17,955 bases of DNA from a virus (lineage: Duplodnaviria > Heunggongvirae > Uroviricota > Caudoviricetes). The stretch lies in IMG/VR virus record IMGVR_UViG_2529292723_000018, one strand, 5' to 3'. The translations under genes were made by a program, and so were the position numbers. How positions within the stretch are numbered: the stretch's first letter is position 1; each line of letters begins with the position of its first letter. The notes below the pieces were generated by a model. That model was not told the origin of the DNA. It ran no database searches and was given only the letters and a program-made list of their open reading frames with translations. Positions 14,246 to 17,955 of this stretch are shown piece by piece.

Positions 14246-16063
14246 TTAATTTTTGCTATCGTCATTAGTGACCGATACACATGATGGCATCCAGTCTTCT
14301 GATTCCTCCGTCAGTGTCACGTTTGAACGCAAACCGTGCTTCGTTTTCCGTTTCATATACTCCCTGCCATATTCCGCCATTGCCCCCGGCATATCTTTAC
14401 CGAAGCGCGTCAGTGTTACAGGTTTACCAAACCCATGTGCCCTCATATAAGCCAGATAGGCATGATAGAGATACCTGCGTGGGCTGAATGGCACAATTTC
14501 AGCATTACCCACTAACAGGCCATCACACATTACCGACGCCATGAGATAGCCGCAGAAGTCCACCAGCGAATCCCCCTCTCGCTTTATCGCCAGTGCTTCT
14601 TCAGATTTCTGCTGCTCATATAACAGGCGTCTGGCTTCGTCCTGGTCAGCAAACCGTGTAAGCAGATGGCGAATCACTACCGCCAGCTCACCTTCTATTT
14701 TTTCCGCCAGCATTGGATCACGTTCGTTCTCCGGTACAACTTCCGAAAAATTGAATATCACCCGACGACGTGAGATCCCCCCGCTGCGGTCACTGAATGA
14801 CATGGCGTTATTGTTAACCGCCAGCACTACTGCCGGAATACGCGTTGAGTAGGGGGCTTTGTGTTTCGGGTCAATTGCCACCTTGTCACCGCCTGTAATA
14901 GCCTTAATCCCTGCCCCATCACCAGCGTAGCGGGTCATATCCGGCATGATAATCAGCGAAAAGCCAACCACTAACGCGCGTTCCCTTGCATCTTCCAGCG
15001 CCTTCATGCTTGCCGATACTGTGTTGGCCTTACCCGCCAGCATGGTGCAAATCTCCGCCATCACGCTTTTACCACTTCCCCCTGGACCTGTTACCTCAAT
15101 GAATAACTGCCAGTCGTACCGGTTCGCCAGCACCATGAATAATGCAGCCAGTACGCGATCCGCCTTGCGGTCATTCTCAGCCACCGAACGGCGTAACCAC
15201 TTCCAGAAATTCGGCGCATGTGTTGCCAGCGTTTCCCCCTCTGCTGGTGGGCTGAAAGGTAATTCACTGGCAATTAACAACCAGTCGTTTTTGTTATGCT
15301 CCCGAAAATTACCTGTTCTGGTATCAAATACCCCGTTACTGAATCCAATCAGGTTACGGGCTGTATTCCCCATTACAGGCAAACTTAACTTCATGGTATC
15401 GACCGCCGATTTAATGGCGTTCTGCGAATAGCTGATCTCCGCATCAATGAAAATCTGTGCCATAGCTCGCTGTAATTCTTTATCCTGTACTGGCTCCCAT
15501 ACAACGCCGTTGTAATGGTGAACAGTGTCAGAGTCAGCATGAATCGCCAGTTCACCGCCATAATGTGCCAGGAGAACTTCGCCGCGTTGACTTGCTCCCA
15601 TCTGGTTAAGCGCCAGTGATGAAGCGTTATCGTCTTTTACCCGCTCTTTTTTCTTTACAGGCAGTTCAACTACCTTTTTCTTTTCCGCCTGCTCTGCCCG
15701 TTCACGTTCCAGATATTCGCGCCAGTTCTCCCGTTTCTGGCTGTGCATTCCTTCAGGATAATAATCAGCATCCCTGACACCTGCCGCTGCCAGTTTCTGC
15801 CCGATGGTATTAACAAGTCCCGGACGCAATAACCCCGCCTGATAGAGACGCACGCGATAGCGTCCGTCTGGTACGATTTGCAGGTTGTCCAGTTCGGCAA
15901 GTTGTTGCTCTCCAAGCCAGACAGGTGGCACGTTATCGCCAGCCAGTCGCCCGTCCTGTTCCTGCCACTGCTTCGCATGTGCCCACGCATCACTACCCGC
16001 AAAAATGATGACTTCCGTCATTTTGTCACGCGGTTGGTGTTTTAAATTTGGCGCTTTTTTCAT
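14246..16063 (-). CDS. P4-family primase / SF3 (D5-like) helicase
   Basis: Start placed at ATG 16063 (MKKAPNLKH, GGAGAG Shine-Dalgarno; the ORF-track start at 16078 is GTG); Walker A GPGGSGKS; cognate TGTTCACC iterons immediately downstream. Confidence 0.8.
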   Translation of the reverse strand: MKKAPNLKHQPRDKMTEVIIFAGSDAWAHAKQWQEQDGRLAGDNVPPVWLGEQQLAELDNLQIVPDGRYRVRLYQAGLLRPGLVNTIGQKLAAAGVRDADYYPEGMHSQKRENWREYLERERAEQAEKKKVVELPVKKKERVKDDNASSLALNQMGASQRGEVLLAHYGGELAIHADSDTVHHYNGVVWEPVQDKELQRAMAQIFIDAEISYSQNAIKSAVDTMKLSLPVMGNTARNLIGFSNGVFDTRTGNFREHNKNDWLLIASELPFSPPAEGETLATHAPNFWKWLRRSVAENDRKADRVLAALFMVLANRYDWQLFIEVTGPGGSGKSVMAEICTMLAGKANTVSASMKALEDARERALVVGFSLIIMPDMTRYAGDGAGIKAITGGDKVAIDPKHKAPYSTRIPAVVLAVNNNAMSFSDRSGGISRRRVIFNFSEVVPENERDPMLAEKIEGELAVVIRHLLTRFADQDEARRLLYEQQKSEEALAIKREGDSLVDFCGYLMASVMCDGLLVGNAEIVPFSPRRYLYHAYLAYMRAHGFGKPVTLTRFGKDMPGAMAEYGREYMKRKTKHGLRSNVTLTEESEDWMPSCVSVTNDDSKN

Positions 16064-16359
16064 TTCTGCTCTCTCCACGCGGCAATCATGTTTTTCAGTT
16101 CCTGTAGTTTTTTATCCACATCCACACGTGACACATGGTTATTTCTGGAAGGCGGGATTTCCCGCCGGAATCTGCAAATAAAGATCTCCACGTTCAGCGA
16201 GCTATGAAATGAATAGCCATCACGAATAAAGTACACACGGTCAAACATTATCGATTTTACTGTTACTCTGTTGCCGTTCTTATCCCGATAAATAGCGCCG
16301 GGGATAATTTTGGGATGTGCATAACCGCTGGCAGTCAAGCCAGATAAATACGTTCTCAT
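16060..16359 (-). CDS. small protein (99 aa), homolog of 9371..9694
   Basis: ATGA overlap with primase start; shared RDGYS motif. Confidence 0.5.
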   Translation of the reverse strand: MRTYLSGLTASGYAHPKIIPGAIYRDKNGNRVTVKSIMFDRVYFIRDGYSFHSSLNVEIFICRFRREIPPSRNNHVSRVDVDKKLQELKNMIAAWREQK

Positions 16360-16365
16360 GATTAT

Positions 16366-16686
16366 TTATCCCCGATTTGAATCAGTATTCGCTTTCTTTA
16401 TGGCATTTAATGCATCTGTGGCATTTTCAATGGTGCACCGTAACGAAATATCAAAATGTCCAAGCATTGCCAGTAACAAACCGATATTACCCATATCAAT
16501 GCGCATGGCCTTTGCGTCATATTCCTCATTTTCTGACGCATGCCACATCAGGCTACCAATTGACGCAACAGCCATTGATATATTGTCAGTAGCCCCATCC
16601 GCAGCGGAATAAACCTTTTTAGCAATATCATGCTCACAGTTAAAATGCGGATTAATCAGGTACTGGTAATTTGACATATCAGGCAT
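16366..16686 (-). CDS. hypothetical protein (106 aa), E1-specific gene in a variable slot
   Basis: ATG at 16686 with strong AAGGAGGT Shine-Dalgarno; no counterpart in E2, where a different 59-aa ORF occupies this position. Confidence 0.55.
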   Translation of the reverse strand: MPDMSNYQYLINPHFNCEHDIAKKVYSAADGATDNISMAVASIGSLMWHASENEEYDAKAMRIDMGNIGLLLAMLGHFDISLRCTIENATDALNAIKKANTDSNRG

Positions 16687-16883
16687 GGCGCACCTCCTTG
16701 CGGATACGGGCGGTGAACACCATCACGCAGCCAGCCGGGGATTGCTGGCGGGCTTCCTGTTCACTGGTGGCCACGATGGTAATCACACGCGGTTTTGCGG
16801 CGCTCAGGGCGATAAAACGCCAGGTGAATTTATTCAGGTTGTGCGAATCCCGCCCTCGCGGGTGTATGGTATGATTTCTCATA
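16679..16883 (-). CDS. small protein (67 aa), homolog of 9871..10158
   Basis: ATG at 16883 with GAGG; shared KFTW motif. Confidence 0.45.
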
Positions 16884-16918
16884 GCTGCCTCGATACTCTC
16901 GTTATCGTTGGTGGTTAG

Positions 16919-16965
16919 ACGCCCCGTATGTGTTTCCGGCACTGCGGGGCGTTGCTCTTTGTATT
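16919..16965. promoter_or_regulatory. conserved stem-loop (ACGCCCCG / CGGGGCGT), counterpart of 10191..10239
   Basis: Same position relative to the leftward operon; compensatory base-pair change versus the E2 copy. Confidence 0.45.
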
Positions 16966-16978
16966 TCAACAATCCTTT

Positions 16979-17058
16979 CGGTGTGTTTCATGTTATGAGC
17001 GCATGAAACACACGTCAAGGCTTTTTGTATTTCTTTTTTTGTGTATACTGAAACACAC
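16979..17058. promoter_or_regulatory. palindromic operator-like sites (GTGTGTTTCATG-N9-CATGAAACACAC, plus a GAAACACAC half-site)
   Basis: Perfect 12-bp inverted repeat upstream of the RHH gene; half-site repeated at 17050; sequence unrelated to the E2 operators. Confidence 0.5.
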
Positions 17059-17079
17059 CGATGATTAGGAGTTTCAGAA

Positions 17080-17385
17080 ATGGCAACGGCTAACAAAAAC
17101 GCAAAATCACAACTGACAACTGTCAGAGTCCCACTAGATGTTATGCAAGGGATGGAATCCGTTAAGCTGGACGGCGAAAGCAATGCCGGATTTATCGTAA
17201 CCGCCATGCGCGGAGAAATAGCCCGCCGCCAAGCAGAAGGCAGCGGAGAAAATCCCCTTGTGTCGTCACTGGATGCCCTGGCTAAGGTCGAACAAATCGG
17301 CATCAAAGCAGCGGAAGAAATCGGGCAGCTTGTCACCGTTGCACGCGAAGAACTCCAGCGTCGCAAGACCAAAGAACCAGAGTAA
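17080..17385 (+). CDS. ribbon-helix-helix-like transcriptional regulator, candidate E1 repressor
   Basis: AGGAG Shine-Dalgarno; N-terminal TVRVPLDVMQGMESV...FIVTAMRGEIARR fits strand plus two helices; positional counterpart of 10278..10487. Confidence 0.55.
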   Translation: MATANKNAKSQLTTVRVPLDVMQGMESVKLDGESNAGFIVTAMRGEIARRQAEGSGENPLVSSLDALAKVEQIGIKAAEEIGQLVTVAREELQRRKTKEPE

Positions 17386-17442
17386 TCACCATCAGCGCCG
17401 TGGTGTAAGGTATTACGGCGCATTGCTATGCAGGACAACACA

Positions 17443-17616
17443 ATGACCGATAAAGAATTGACCAAAACATTATCACCGGCACGGAAAAGACGGCGCAGAA
17501 AGATAGAGCATGAATCAGAAAGATTCGCGCCATGTGCTTTTGCTCTTGAGAAATTCCTTAAAGAGCACAGGAAAAAGCTCTCGTTGCAAACCTTGGAACG
17601 AACCAAATCTGACTGA
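17443..17616 (+). CDS. small basic hypothetical protein (about 57 aa)
   Basis: ORF 17428..17616 with AGGA upstream of the internal ATG at 17443; RKRRRRK stretch; occupies the slot that holds the 236-aa cargo in E2. Confidence 0.35.
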   Translation: MTDKELTKTLSPARKRRRRKIEHESERFAPCAFALEKFLKEHRKKLSLQTLERTKSD

Positions 17617-17683
17617 TCACATTGCCCACCAGCCGCAAATGTGGCATTGTTGGTGATGCGTTCAAGTTTAGTGTGTATCCATT

Positions 17684-17712
17684 GGCGACCGCCCCCGGTC
17701 GTCTTTGTTTTA
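17684..17712 (+). terminator. rho-independent terminator
   Basis: CGACCG-cccc-CGGTCG hairpin followed by TCTTTGTTTTA. Confidence 0.5.
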
Positions 17713-17730
17713 TATGTCATATGCTCCCCT

Positions 17731-17955
17731 TTACGCTGCCTTACCTGAATTAACGCGGTCACGGCTTTGCACCCAGTCCATAACTTCGGAAAGCAACCAG
17801 CCTACAGAACGCCCCCCAAGATTACGGCGAGACGGAAAGCCCCCTTTCTTCTCCAGTTCGTAGCGTGTAGTACGGCTGACGCCTGTTAACTTACGACATT
17901 CATCCTCACGAATTACGCGATCTGTTAGTGATTGAAATTGTGTATTTTGATTCAT
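17731..17955 (-). CDS. alpA: AlpA-family excisionase / transcriptional regulator of E1 (integrase expected beyond the window)
   Basis: ATG exactly at the window end; RVIREDECRKLTGVSRTTRYELEKKGGFPSRRNLGGRSVGWLLSEVMDW parallels the E2 AlpA. Confidence 0.75.
   Translation of the reverse strand: MNQNTQFQSLTDRVIREDECRKLTGVSRTTRYELEKKGGFPSRRNLGGRSVGWLLSEVMDWVQSRDRVNSGKAA

Noticed and set aside
16902-17762. 286-aa ORF on the minus strand
   Set aside because: Antisense to two well-formed + strand genes with ribosome-binding sites (17080..17385, 17428..17616); Ser/Cys/Arg-rich low-complexity translation typical of a non-coding frame.
1-17955. Simple tandem array of three independent satellites
   Set aside because: The leftmost capsid copy lacks exactly the N-terminal 104 residues that the rightmost fragment supplies, with a shared 12-bp junction repeat; a nested insertion explains this, a tandem array does not.
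1-17955. tRNA gene as integrase attachment site
   Set aside because: No tRNA-like sequence was recognised by eye in the window; the junction evidence points to integration inside a protein-coding gene. A tRNA scan was not run.

Overview
This window is a mosaic of phage-satellite (PICI/P4-like) DNA from an enterobacterial-type genome, and I read it as one satellite nested inside another. The outer element (E1) contributes a Nu1-like small terminase gene, a lambda-like cos site, the two halves of a ClpP-like prohead protease / HK97-type capsid fusion gene, a P4-family primase-helicase with P4-type TGTTCACC iterons, an RHH regulator and AlpA. The inner element (E2, about 2618..12946, ~10.3 kb) is inserted into E1's protease-capsid gene. 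The insertion is flanked by a 12-bp direct repeat, ATGGATCATCAT, which sits on the protease active-site 'MMIH' codons. E2 carries its own P4-type tyrosine integrase, AlpA, RHH regulator with palindromic operators, a different replication module, an intact protease-capsid gene, a cos site and a truncated terminase remnant. E2 also holds three AT-rich cargo loci. The most striking is a two-gene operon (3070..4281) whose second product has a caspase-like His-Gly / Gln-Cys arrangement; the others are a HEPN-like protein (6942..7655) and a 236-aa unknown (10541..11251). All domain calls rest on motifs read by eye and on recalled family knowledge; no database search or folding was run, and the start codons in the ORF track (which allows GTG/TTG) were re-evaluated by hand.
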